A stretch of DNA of 46,612 nt from positions 1 to 46,612 of the forward strand of contig JBBIOM010000017.1 in the NCBI GenBank assembly GCA_037443365.1. Reading direction: 5' to 3'. The notes below the pieces were generated by a model. The model was given only the letters and a program-made list of their open reading frames with translations. It did not search any database and was not told the origin of the DNA. The stretch comes from Armatimonadota bacterium (GTDB lineage Bacteria; Sysuimicrobiota; Sysuimicrobiia; Sysuimicrobiales; Humicultoraceae). The first letter of the stretch is position 1. Every line of letters begins with the position of its first letter. Positions 1 through 9,012 of this stretch are shown in pieces. Position numbers and translations under genes: made by a program.

Positions 1-78
1 TCGCGTCAGTTCGGCGAGTGCGCGTGCGAGCAGTCCGTGGTGATGGTGCTGGAGCACAACCGATCCGGGGAGGTCGCG

Positions 79-804
79 ATGAACGAGCACGCAATCCGTG
101 AGGCGGTACGCGCGCGCTACGCGCGCGCGGCAACGGCCGGTGTGTCGTGCTGCGGCGAGGCAGGTGGAGGAGGCGAGGCGCCGTCGGAGTGCTGCGCGTC
201 GCCTGGCCGTGGCGCGTCGCTTGACTGCGGCCCATCGTTGGGCTGCGGCGCGCCGGTCGAGGCAGCGGCGCCGCGGCCAGGGGAGACGGTCGTGGACCTG
301 GGCAGCGGCGCCGGGCTGGACGTTTTCCTTTCGGCCGAGCGCGTGGGACAGGGTGGCCGGGTGATCGGCGTGGACATGACCCCGGAGATGATCGCGAGGG
401 CCCGCGCCAACGCCGCCCGCCTGGGCGCCTCGAACGTCGAGTTCCGCCTGGGCGAGATCGAGCACCTGCCGCTGCCCGACGCCTGCGCCGACGTGATCGT
501 GAGCAACTGCGTCATCAACCTGCTTGTGGACAAGCGCCCAGCGTTCTCCGAGGCCTTCCGCGTGCTGCGGCCCGGGGGCCGGCTCGTGGTCTCGGACATC
601 GTGAGCGCGGGACCCCTGCCTGAAGAACTCAAGACCCCGGAACTGTGGAGCGCCTGCGTGGGAGGGGCCCTGCCCGAGGCCGACTACCTGCGGATCATCG
701 CGGAAGCCGGCTTCGCGCCGGTCGAGGTGCTCTCCAAGCGCGGATGGGAAGCCGCGGGCCTGTTCAGCGTCACGGTGCGCGCGGTGAAGCCCCTGGGCGG
801 GTGA
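79..804 (+). CDS. arsM: Arsenite S-adenosylmethionine methyltransferase
   Basis: SAM motif VVDLGSGAGLD; Cys motifs SCC, LGCG, SNCVINL and WSACVGGA typical of ArsM; GGAGG before ATG 79. The frame is open back to base 1, so the true start may lie upstream. Confidence 0.85.
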   Translation: MNEHAIREAVRARYARAATAGVSCCGEAGGGGEAPSECCASPGRGASLDCGPSLGCGAPVEAAAPRPGETVVDLGSGAGLDVFLSAERVGQGGRVIGVDMTPEMIARARANAARLGASNVEFRLGEIEHLPLPDACADVIVSNCVINLLVDKRPAFSEAFRVLRPGGRLVVSDIVSAGPLPEELKTPELWSACVGGALPEADYLRIIAEAGFAPVEVLSKRGWEAAGLFSVTVRAVKPLGG

Positions 805-2765
805 GCGTCGCGGCCGCGCGTGCGCCGGCGCGGTCCTGGATCCTGGTGGCCGTGCCGGCCGTCCTGGCCGTCCTGACCGTCCTGGCGCTGCCGGCGCCGG
901 TTTCTCCGGGCGCGGAGATCAACCTCGACGCGCTGCGCGCCGCCTACCGGATGGGGCGCGATCTCACCCTGGCCGGCCGCCACGCCGCGGCCGCCGAGGC
1001 GTTCGGGCAGGCGGTTGCGCATCCCACGCTGCGCGCCCACGCGCAGTACGAGCAGGCGGCCGCGCTGCTGCGCTCGGGCAGTCCCGGCGCCGCCTCCGCG
1101 GCGGCGGGCATCCTTCGCTTCGCGGCGCACTCGGCGCCCGCGCGCTTGCGCGGACGCATGCTGATTGCGCTCGGAGAGGCCGAGATGGCCCTCGGGCGGC
1201 CTGCCCAAGCGGTCGCCGCGCTACAGGAGGCGGCGGCGCTGCGCCCGGACGACCCAGACGTGTGGCTGCGCCTGGGAAGCGCAGCCGCGGCCGCGGGTCG
1301 CAGGGATCCCAGGCGGGCCGCTGAGATCGAGGCGAGATACCGGCTGCACCGCGGCAGGCGGCTGGCCGCAGACGGCGAGTGGTCCCAGGCCGCGACCGAG
1401 TTCCGCGCCGTGGCCGCGTCCGCCGCTGCCCGAAGAAGCGTCGCCGGCGAGGCCTGGTATCGTCTCGGCGAGATCCACATCTACGCCGATCCGCGCGGCG
1501 CGCACGACGCGTTCCGGCGCGCGGCGCGTCTCGGATGGAACATCCCGGCCGCGTGGTACTGGGCCGCGGTTGCGGCCCGAAGGGCAGGCCTTGGCGCGGC
1601 GGCGCGGCAGGCCGCATCCGCGCTGCTCGAGGCGCAGCCGCGCGGGATCTGGGCCAGCCGGCACTGGCTCGGGATAGGGCTGCGTGCCGAGTCCGCCGGG
1701 CGCCGGGGCGAGGCCGCCGCGCACTACGGCCGTGCGATCGCAGCGGCGCCCGGCTCCGGAGAAGCGGCCGAGGCGCGCTGGCGGCTGGGGTGGATCGCGC
1801 TGATCGCAGGGAGGTCCACCGAGGCAGAGGCGCGTTTCAAGGAAGCGGCGCGCGCCGCGCCTTATCGAAGCGAGGAGGCGCGCGCCTGGTACTGGGTCGC
1901 GAAGGCGCTGGAGGCCCGCGGCCGGCGCCCGAGCGCCGGCCGCGCTCCCTCAGGTGAAGCCGAGGCGCTGCTCCGCAGGATCGCCCAGGAATACCCGCTC
2001 ACCTTCCACGGCCAGCGCGCCAGGGCCCGCCTGGGAATGCCCGCGCCCACACTTCAGCCCGCGCCGGCCGCCGCGCCCGAGGCGCTTCACGGAGCCCAGG
2101 CCGCTCCGGCGCACGAGGAGCTGGCGCGCCTCGGGCTCGATGCCGATGCCGCCCTGGCCGCGGAGGATTCCCTGGACGCGAGCCCGGGCCGGCGCGACCT
2201 GCGCGTCGTGCGCTTCCTCGCAAAGACCCATGCGCGCCTGGGCGCGGTGCGCCGCTCGGTCGCGTACGCAGAGGAGGCGCTTGCTGGAGGAGTACGCGAC
2301 GAAGCCGTCTGGCGCCTGGCCTATCCCAGGGCCTACTGGCCCGAGGCCACACGCGCTGCTCAGGCGGCCGGAGTGGACGCCCTGCTCCTGCTCGCGCTCG
2401 TGCGTGAGGAAAGCCGCTACGATCCGGTGGTGATCTCACCTGCGCGCGCCGTTGGCCTGGCGCAGATCCTGCCGACCACGGCGCAGGCGATGACAGGCGA
2501 CGCTTCGATCACAGCATCGCGCCTCAAGGATCCGGAGGCCAACCTGTTGCTGGGCGCGCGGTACCTGCGCCTCCAGTTGGACCGGTTCGGCGGCGACCTG
2601 CGCCTGGCGCTGGCGGCCTACAACGCCGGGCCTGGCGCGGCGTACCGGTGGAAGGACCTGGATGCGGATCCCGACTACTTCATCGAGAAGATCGGCTATG
2701 CGGAGACGCGCGCCTACGTGCGCAGGGTGCTGGGATCATATGGGGTCTACCGGCTGCTGTGGTGA
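801..2765 (+). CDS. TPR-repeat soluble lytic transglycosylase (Slt70-like)
   Basis: GTG 801 overlaps the arsM stop; hydrophobic N-terminus; Ala-rich TPR-like helices; C-terminal SLT motifs REES, AVGLAQI, AAYNAG, ETRAYV. Confidence 0.85.
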   Translation: MSVAAARAPARSWILVAVPAVLAVLTVLALPAPVSPGAEINLDALRAAYRMGRDLTLAGRHAAAAEAFGQAVAHPTLRAHAQYEQAAALLRSGSPGAASAAAGILRFAAHSAPARLRGRMLIALGEAEMALGRPAQAVAALQEAAALRPDDPDVWLRLGSAAAAAGRRDPRRAAEIEARYRLHRGRRLAADGEWSQAATEFRAVAASAAARRSVAGEAWYRLGEIHIYADPRGAHDAFRRAARLGWNIPAAWYWAAVAARRAGLGAAARQAASALLEAQPRGIWASRHWLGIGLRAESAGRRGEAAAHYGRAIAAAPGSGEAAEARWRLGWIALIAGRSTEAEARFKEAARAAPYRSEEARAWYWVAKALEARGRRPSAGRAPSGEAEALLRRIAQEYPLTFHGQRARARLGMPAPTLQPAPAAAPEALHGAQAAPAHEELARLGLDADAALAAEDSLDASPGRRDLRVVRFLAKTHARLGAVRRSVAYAEEALAGGVRDEAVWRLAYPRAYWPEATRAAQAAGVDALLLLALVREESRYDPVVISPARAVGLAQILPTTAQAMTGDASITASRLKDPEANLLLGARYLRLQLDRFGGDLRLALAAYNAGPGAAYRWKDLDADPDYFIEKIGYAETRAYVRRVLGSYGVYRLLW

Positions 2766-4928
2766 CTGCTGTGGTGATCGGTGCTGCTCCGGCTGCGTGG
2801 AACGCAGCGTGAACGAGAGAGCCCTCTCCCACACCTCCCCTGGGGCCAGGCGCAGCGACCAGACGCAGAGCAGCGTGACTCCCTGGTAGGTGCGCTCGAA
2901 GCCTGCCTCTGACGCGGAGACCACCTCGATTGGAGCCACCCAGAGCGCCGCGTCCGGAAGCGCGGCCTCCACTTCCAGTCCCCACCCCGCATCGCGCAGC
3001 GCGAAACCACCCGCGCCATCCAGGCGCGCGGCCTCTCCCACCCGATGCGCGGCCGGCTTCTCCGGGCCCGATGGCCCTGCCCAGACCAGCGCCTGGGGCC
3101 CTGATGTCCCCCAGCAGGTCTCGACGGCAAACTCCGCGTCCAAGGCAAGCGCGCCGCGGTTGGCGACCCGATAGGACACCTCGAGCCCCAGCACACCCGC
3201 GCGCAGGGTCAGGACCTTCTCGACGCGCACGGGCGAGTGCACGCCACCCACCCACACGCCCCCATCGCGGGCCAGGTGAACGGCCGCCTCTCCCGGCGCG
3301 TGCCGCGTCTGGACCTCGTAGGGCTGATTCACGAAGTCCCCCAGCTCGCGCACGAGGCCCCGGATGAACGCCGCCGGGCTGCCCCCGGGTTCCAGGAAGT
3401 GATCCAGGAAGCTCGACCGGCGGTACCAGTCGGTCACCAGATGCCGGTCCAGACCCCACTCCTTCACGCGCACGCGCGAAGTGTGGATCGTCTCCACATC
3501 GCCGCCGGATGAGAGCACCGCCTCGCCGCGCGCCAGCGCCCTGCGCAGCACCTCGTGATAGCCCTCGGCGCGCCGCGTCATCACGTTGACCAGGTTCACG
3601 CCGGCTTCTCGCGCGTCCCAGGCAACCACGCTGCCGCCCTCGGCCGGGTCAACGGTAAGCACCTGCGCGTCGGAACTCACCAGCACCTCGGGCCGTCCGT
3701 CGGCGTCGAGATCCTCGAGGCGCGCCTCGACCCATCGCCGCGGCCTGCGGCCGCGGTCGGCCAGCCGTTCCGCGGCGATCAGGTGGGAGTAGTTGGCCGC
3801 TCGTACGTGACCCAGGTAGATCCCGCCGAACACCCCGTGCCAGTACGGGCAGTTGCACTGCGCCTGCCAGAGGTGGTCCAGCGCCGCATCGCGTCGCACC
3901 CCTGGTCGCATCCGCCACACCTTGCGGCTGACGCGCAGCATGGTCTTGTGCAGCGTGTTGATCTCGGGGTATTTCACCATGAAGTGGCGCCAGTAGCCGC
4001 CCCGCAGGAAGGGCAGCACGTCGGCTCGGCCCGCGGCCTCCATCTCGTGCCGCAGCGCGGGCAACCGCGCCGCCGCTTCCGGGGGCAGCGCCCACTCGGC
4101 CATCTCGTCGTAGGAGTCGGTCGGCAGGTAGATGCGGCCTGCCGGGGGATGACGCCCTATCCACTCTCCGGGCGGAACCGGCGTCAGCCAGTCCCGGGCG
4201 TCCTCCAACGCGGTGAAGAACGCCTCGACCCAGCCGCGATCCCAGCACAGCGCGCGTGTGCCCGGCCACAGCCCGAACTTCTCGCCGTCGTCCCCCATGA
4301 CCAGGATCCTATCCGGGTCGCCGGCCTGGGTGCGCAGCCATGACATCAGCGCGTCAACTGTGGCCCAGGGGATACGGTATCGCAGCGCCTTGAGGCTCGG
4401 GAAGATGCGGATCTGCCAGCCGTCCTCCTCGGTGATGAAGTATCCGGACAGGTCCGCGGCCTCCAGGCCGACGTGGCGGAAGTGCGCGTCGTCAACGATG
4501 GTGTAGCTGACGCCGCAGGAGGCCAGCGCCTTTGCCAGGTGGGGCTCCCAGACGCGCTCGGCCAGCCACAGGCCGGTGGGCTCGGCGCCGAAGAGGTCGC
4601 GCACCGCCGCGGTCATCTTGAGAATCTGCCCGCGCTTGTCCCGGTCCGGAATGACCGGCAGGATCGGCTCGTAGTAGCCCCCGGTCATGATCTCTACCTG
4701 CCCGCGCGCAACCAGCGCGCGCACGCGCGCGATCAGCTCCGGACGCTCCCGGAGCAGCCAGTCCAGCAGCGGCCCTGAGTAGTGCAGGGCGACGCGCACG
4801 GCAGGATGCCTCTCGAGCGCCGCGATCATCGGTCCGTACGCAGCATCGCATGCCTGCTCGAAGACCGACGGGAAGTTGCCCACCGGCTGGTGGTTGTGCA
4901 GGGCGAGCCCAAGCGTCAGGCGCGGCAT
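2736..4928 (-). CDS. GH57 alpha-amylase / 4-alpha-glucanotransferase
   Basis: Starts MPRLTLGLALHNHQPVGN; GH57 regions HNHQP, GGYYEPIL, WLAERVW (nucleophile Glu), GDDGEKFG (acid/base Asp), AQCNCPYWHGVFGG. Confidence 0.9.
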   Translation of the reverse strand: MPRLTLGLALHNHQPVGNFPSVFEQACDAAYGPMIAALERHPAVRVALHYSGPLLDWLLRERPELIARVRALVARGQVEIMTGGYYEPILPVIPDRDKRGQILKMTAAVRDLFGAEPTGLWLAERVWEPHLAKALASCGVSYTIVDDAHFRHVGLEAADLSGYFITEEDGWQIRIFPSLKALRYRIPWATVDALMSWLRTQAGDPDRILVMGDDGEKFGLWPGTRALCWDRGWVEAFFTALEDARDWLTPVPPGEWIGRHPPAGRIYLPTDSYDEMAEWALPPEAAARLPALRHEMEAAGRADVLPFLRGGYWRHFMVKYPEINTLHKTMLRVSRKVWRMRPGVRRDAALDHLWQAQCNCPYWHGVFGGIYLGHVRAANYSHLIAAERLADRGRRPRRWVEARLEDLDADGRPEVLVSSDAQVLTVDPAEGGSVVAWDAREAGVNLVNVMTRRAEGYHEVLRRALARGEAVLSSGGDVETIHTSRVRVKEWGLDRHLVTDWYRRSSFLDHFLEPGGSPAAFIRGLVRELGDFVNQPYEVQTRHAPGEAAVHLARDGGVWVGGVHSPVRVEKVLTLRAGVLGLEVSYRVANRGALALDAEFAVETCWGTSGPQALVWAGPSGPEKPAAHRVGEAARLDGAGGFALRDAGWGLEVEAALPDAALWVAPIEVVSASEAGFERTYQGVTLLCVWSLRLAPGEVWERALSFTLRSTQPEQHRSPQQSPQQPVDPI
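2754..2777. repeat. Perfect 12-bp tandem duplication (CTGCTGTGGTGA x2) in the convergent overlap of the slt and GH57 genes
   Basis: Seen directly at 2754-2765 and 2766-2777; gives SPQQSPQQ at the GH57 C-terminus. Confidence 0.9.
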
Positions 4929-4956
4929 CAGGTGCAGGGAGGCGCAGGCGCGCTCA

Positions 4957-6255
4957 TCACAGGCCGGCCACGAACCGGCCGGGGTTGAGGATACCCCTGG
5001 GGTCGAACGCCTGCTTGATCGCGCGCATGATCTGGAGCGTCCTGGGCAGGGGAGCGGGCGCCCAGACATCGCCCGCGGCCTTCAGGCGAAGCGGCGCCCG
5101 CGCGAGGAGCACGTTCCCGTGATGGGCCGATGCGATCTCGCGCATCGCGCCCAGCGCCTCCGGCGTGAGAGCGGCGGGGTCGGTCTGCACCCAGACGGTG
5201 CCGCTTGCCGCGTGCGCCATAACACCTGACTGCGCAGGCAGGACCGGGCGCAGGCGGCCGAAAGCCGCTGGGACCTCGCCCGAGGGTACCGTGACCCGAA
5301 TTGAAGCCCCCTCTCCCTCCCAGCCGAAATCACGAACGGCACGCCAGAGCGCCGTCTCGGATTCGCCCTCCAACACCTCGGTCCCAAGCGCCTCCGCCTC
5401 GGCGGCAGCGATGACGTCGCGCACCTGGCGCGTCACCGCGGCCTCGAACCCGGTCGCGCGCACCAGCAGGCCTGCCGAGCCTCGCCCCAGGGCGCTGGCG
5501 GCGACTGAGTCCACAACCGCAACCGCCGCTGGCAACAGCGCCGATGCGAGCACGCGGCCCGACAGACGCAGCAGATCAGTAGTATCGACGCCCCAGACCG
5601 CCACGGTGCGCGAGGCCTCGGGCAACGGAAGAAGCCGCAGCGTCAGCTCGGTGAGGACGCACAGCGTTCCCAGCGAGCCGACGAGCAGCTTGCACATGTC
5701 GTAGCCCGCGACGTTCTTGACGGTCTTGCCTCCTGCCTTGATCAGCGTGCCGTCCGCCTGCACGGCCTTCGCGCCGATGACCAGGTCGCGCGCCGATCCG
5801 CAGTGCGCGCGGCGCGGCCCGTTCAGGTCAACCGCCGCGGCTCCCCCGGCCGTGGCGCGCTCGGCGCACGGCGGCTCCAGCGGGAGGAACTGCCGCTGCC
5901 CGAAAATCGCGCCCTCCAGCGCGCCCAGCGTCATCCCCGCTCCGACCGTCGCGGTCAGGTTGGCGGCGTCGTGCTCCACGAGCGCGGACAGGCGGTCGAG
6001 CAGCAGCGCCACGTGCGACGCGCGCGGAGGATTCCCGACCCCGACCGCGGTGCCCCCGCCCCAGGGGATCACCGCGGCGCCGGCCTCGCCGCAGACGCGC
6101 AGGATTGCTCCCACCTGCTCGGCGTCGCCAGGCCGCAGCGCAACGCCAGGGACCACCCCATCCACCGCCCACCGGGAGGTGTCGCCGGCGATCACCCACT
6201 CCGCGCCCAGCAGGGCTTCGAACCTGGGAGCCAGGGACATGGGATCGGCGATCAT
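4957..6255 (-). CDS. glcE: Glycolate oxidase FAD-binding subunit (GlcE-like)
   Basis: PWGGGT, GGKTVKNVAGYDMCKLLVGSLGTL, FDPRGILNPG; ATG 6255 overlaps the glcF stop. Confidence 0.8.
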   Translation of the reverse strand: MIADPMSLAPRFEALLGAEWVIAGDTSRWAVDGVVPGVALRPGDAEQVGAILRVCGEAGAAVIPWGGGTAVGVGNPPRASHVALLLDRLSALVEHDAANLTATVGAGMTLGALEGAIFGQRQFLPLEPPCAERATAGGAAAVDLNGPRRAHCGSARDLVIGAKAVQADGTLIKAGGKTVKNVAGYDMCKLLVGSLGTLCVLTELTLRLLPLPEASRTVAVWGVDTTDLLRLSGRVLASALLPAAVAVVDSVAASALGRGSAGLLVRATGFEAAVTRQVRDVIAAAEAEALGTEVLEGESETALWRAVRDFGWEGEGASIRVTVPSGEVPAAFGRLRPVLPAQSGVMAHAASGTVWVQTDPAALTPEALGAMREIASAHHGNVLLARAPLRLKAAGDVWAPAPLPRTLQIMRAIKQAFDPRGILNPGRFVAGL

Positions 6256-7514
6256 GCGCCCGCCTCGTCCAACAGGTCCATCAGGTGGGCGACGCGCACC
6301 GGTACCTCGTAGCGCCGGGCGCCGTAGTGAAGCTGCATCATGCACCCGGGATTCGGCGCCACGACCACCGACGCGCCGGTCGCGCGTATCGCCTCCATCT
6401 TCTCTGCCAGCAGCGCCTCGGATGCCTCGGGCTGCAGGAAGTTGTAGATGCCGGCGCTGCCGCAGCAGCGATCCGAGGCGGCCATCTCCCGCAGCGTGGT
6501 GCCGGGGATCGCGGCAAGCAGCGCGCGGGGCTGCGCGCGCACCCCCTGCCCGTGAGCCAGGTGGCAGGGATCCTGATAGGTGACCACGCGGGCGGCGGCG
6601 GCAGGCGAACTGCGCAGGCCGAGGTCGGCCAGGAACTCGCCAGCGTCGCGCACCAGCGCGCTGAATCGCGCGGCGCGCTCGCGGTAGTCGGGGTCGTGGC
6701 CAAGCAGGTGGCCGTACTCGCGCATCGCGGCGCCGCAGCCCGCGGCGTTCGTGAGGATCGCGTCCACGTCGGATGGGAACGCGTCCACGTTTCGCCGGGC
6801 CATCGCCCGGGCGCTACCCAACTCGCCGTTGTGCATGTTCAGGGCGCCGCAGCACGCCTGGTTCCGCGGGATCAGGACGTCGCACCCGTTCCGCCGCAGC
6901 ACGCGCACGGTCGCCTCGTTGACTCGGGCGAAGAAGAGGCTCATCGCGCAGCCCGAGAGGAACGCCACGCGCGCGCGCCGCTCGCCAAACGCGGGCAGCA
7001 GGTCGGCCTCGGGCGCAAAGAACCGCGCGGACGCCTCGGGCAGCAGCGCGGCCGCGCGCCGCAGGCGCCGGGGAAGCAGCCGGCGGGCCAGGGTCGCCAG
7101 GCCGATTCGCTGGTAGAACCGGATCAGGCCAGCCAGGAAGCGCAGCCGGCCGGGGTGCGGCATCAGGTGCCGCAGGGCGAGGCGCACCACCACGCGCGCA
7201 AGCGGGCCCCCGGGCGAACCCGCTGCCTCGCGCGCGGCTTCTGCCACGCGCCCGTACCGCACACCCGAGGGACAGGCGGTCTCGCAGGCGCGGCACGCCA
7301 GGCACAGGTACAGGTGATCCAGCACGCCCCGGGTCATGCTGAGCCGGCCCTGCGAGGCGGCCTCGATCATGTATATGCGCCCGCGCGGTGAGGCGGCCTC
7401 CAGGTGCGTCAACCGGTAGGTCGGGCACTGGTTGAGACAGAGCCCGCAGTGAACACAGGCCTCGACCTCGGGGATGACCGGCATCGCGCGGGTCACGGGC
7501 ATCGCGCGTATCAC
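6252..7514 (-). CDS. glcF: Glycolate oxidase iron-sulfur subunit
   Basis: CVHCGLCLNQCPTY, CLACRACETACPSGV and two CCG domains; GTG 7514 overlaps the glcD stop. Confidence 0.85.
   Translation of the reverse strand: MIRAMPVTRAMPVIPEVEACVHCGLCLNQCPTYRLTHLEAASPRGRIYMIEAASQGRLSMTRGVLDHLYLCLACRACETACPSGVRYGRVAEAAREAAGSPGGPLARVVVRLALRHLMPHPGRLRFLAGLIRFYQRIGLATLARRLLPRRLRRAAALLPEASARFFAPEADLLPAFGERRARVAFLSGCAMSLFFARVNEATVRVLRRNGCDVLIPRNQACCGALNMHNGELGSARAMARRNVDAFPSDVDAILTNAAGCGAAMREYGHLLGHDPDYRERAARFSALVRDAGEFLADLGLRSSPAAAARVVTYQDPCHLAHGQGVRAQPRALLAAIPGTTLREMAASDRCCGSAGIYNFLQPEASEALLAEKMEAIRATGASVVVAPNPGCMMQLHYGARRYEVPVRVAHLMDLLDEAGA
7473..7508. repeat. Imperfect 18-bp tandem repeat at the glcF 5' end (RAMPVT/RAMPVI)
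   Basis: GATGACCGGCATCGCGCG followed by GGTCACGGGCATCGCGCG. Confidence 0.75.
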
Positions 7515-8950
7515 CGGCCCCCGCCCCCCGGCGCCCTGGCCGACGGGATCGTGCCGTGCACCGGACGGCCGGTGGGAAACACCTTGTCCGGGTTCATCGC
7601 GCCGTCCGGATCGAACGTCGCCTTCAGGCGCCTCATCGCGGCGATGTCGGCCTCCGAGTACATCCAGCCCAGGTACTCGCGCTTCTCCATGCCCAACCCG
7701 TGCTCGCCGGTGATCGTGCCACCGACAGCGATGCAGGCCCACATTATGTCCTCGGTGGTGGCGACAACACGCGCGTACTCCGGGGACTTGTCGTCGAACT
7801 CGAACAGCAGGTTGGGGTGGAGGTTGCCGTCCCCCGCGTGGAAGAAGTTAGCTACATCTATGTTGAGACGCTTCCCGGCCTCGGCGATCTGCCGCATTAT
7901 CGCGGCCAGATGCGAGCGCGGCGCGCACACATCGAGCATGATCGCCCTGCGCGCGAGCTTGCCGAGCGCGCCGTAGGCGTGCTTGCGGCCCTTCCAGAGA
8001 CCGATGCGGTCAGCGGCGGCGGACGCGGTCTGGATGCGACGCGCGCCCTGCCCGCGGCAGATGGCCTCGATCCGCTCGATCAGCACCGGCACCGATTCGA
8101 CGAGCCCCTCGACCTCGATCAGCAGGGCCGCCTCTGCGTCCTCGGGGAAGCCCGCGTGCAGCGTCCTGTTGACCGCACGCATGGACATCCCGTCAATGAT
8201 CTCCAGCGCCTCGGGGATGATTCCGGCGGCTATCACCGCGGAGGCAGCCTCGCAGGCGGCCTCCATCGTGTCGTAGATCGCGAGCAGGGTGCGCACGGAC
8301 TCGCGTCGCGCCAACAGGCGAATCGCGGCCTTGGTCACGATGCAAAACGTCCCCTCCGAGCCGACCAGCACGCCCGTCAGGTCATACCCGGGCGCGTCGT
8401 GCGCGCGCCCGCCGAGCCAGGTCACGCTCCCGTCGGGGAGCACCACCTCCAGGCCCAACACGTGGTTGCTGGTCACGCCGTAGGCCAGGCAGTGCGGCCC
8501 GCCGGCGTTGTTGGCCACGTTGCCGCCGATCGTGGCCGCCACCTGGCTGCCGGGGTCAGGCGCGAAGAACAGCCCATAGGGCTCGAGCATGGCGCCGAGG
8601 TCGGCGTTGACCAGGCCGGCCTCCACGATCGCGATGCGGCTTGTCGGATCCACGTCGTGCACGCGCGTCATGCGCGTCAGGGCCACTACCACGCCGCCGC
8701 GCTCCGGAATGGCGCCGCCGGCAAGCCCGGTGCCGGCCCCGCGCGGGACTATCGGAAGATCCGCCGCGCGCACGGCCTTCACGACGTCGGACACCTGATG
8801 CGTCGTCTCGGGAAGTACCACCAGGTCCGGCATGTGCCGGCTCACCATGAGGGCGTCCTGCTCGTAGACGATCAGGTCTTCCGGACGGTGCAGAACGTAG
8901 GCCTCGCCCACGATCGCCTGCAGCCGTCTGACCAGCGGGGCGAGCGTCAT
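7511..8950 (-). CDS. glcD: Glycolate oxidase subunit GlcD (FAD-linked oxidase)
   Basis: PRGAGTGLAGG, PDPGSQ, NAGGPHCLAYGVT, GSEGT, HAGDGNLHP, GEHGLG; heads glcD-glcF-glcE. Confidence 0.85.
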   Translation of the reverse strand: MTLAPLVRRLQAIVGEAYVLHRPEDLIVYEQDALMVSRHMPDLVVLPETTHQVSDVVKAVRAADLPIVPRGAGTGLAGGAIPERGGVVVALTRMTRVHDVDPTSRIAIVEAGLVNADLGAMLEPYGLFFAPDPGSQVAATIGGNVANNAGGPHCLAYGVTSNHVLGLEVVLPDGSVTWLGGRAHDAPGYDLTGVLVGSEGTFCIVTKAAIRLLARRESVRTLLAIYDTMEAACEAASAVIAAGIIPEALEIIDGMSMRAVNRTLHAGFPEDAEAALLIEVEGLVESVPVLIERIEAICRGQGARRIQTASAAADRIGLWKGRKHAYGALGKLARRAIMLDVCAPRSHLAAIMRQIAEAGKRLNIDVANFFHAGDGNLHPNLLFEFDDKSPEYARVVATTEDIMWACIAVGGTITGEHGLGMEKREYLGWMYSEADIAAMRRLKATFDPDGAMNPDKVFPTGRPVHGTIPSARAPGGGGR

Positions 8951-8956
8951 GCCCCG

Positions 8957-8962
8957 ATTATA
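8957..8962 (-). promoter_or_regulatory. Consensus -10 box (TATAAT) 6 nt before the glcD ATG; probable leaderless transcript
   Basis: Minus strand reads TATAAT-CGGGGC-ATG; there is no room for a Shine-Dalgarno. Confidence 0.6.
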
Positions 8963-9012
8963 CAGGTGCGGCGGCGCGGCGGCGAGAACTCTCCGGATAG
9001 GGGGGTGAAACC

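Noticed and set aside
859-885. 9-bp repeats CCGTCCTG(G/A) x3
   Set aside because: They simply encode VLA-VLT-VLA in a hydrophobic signal segment.
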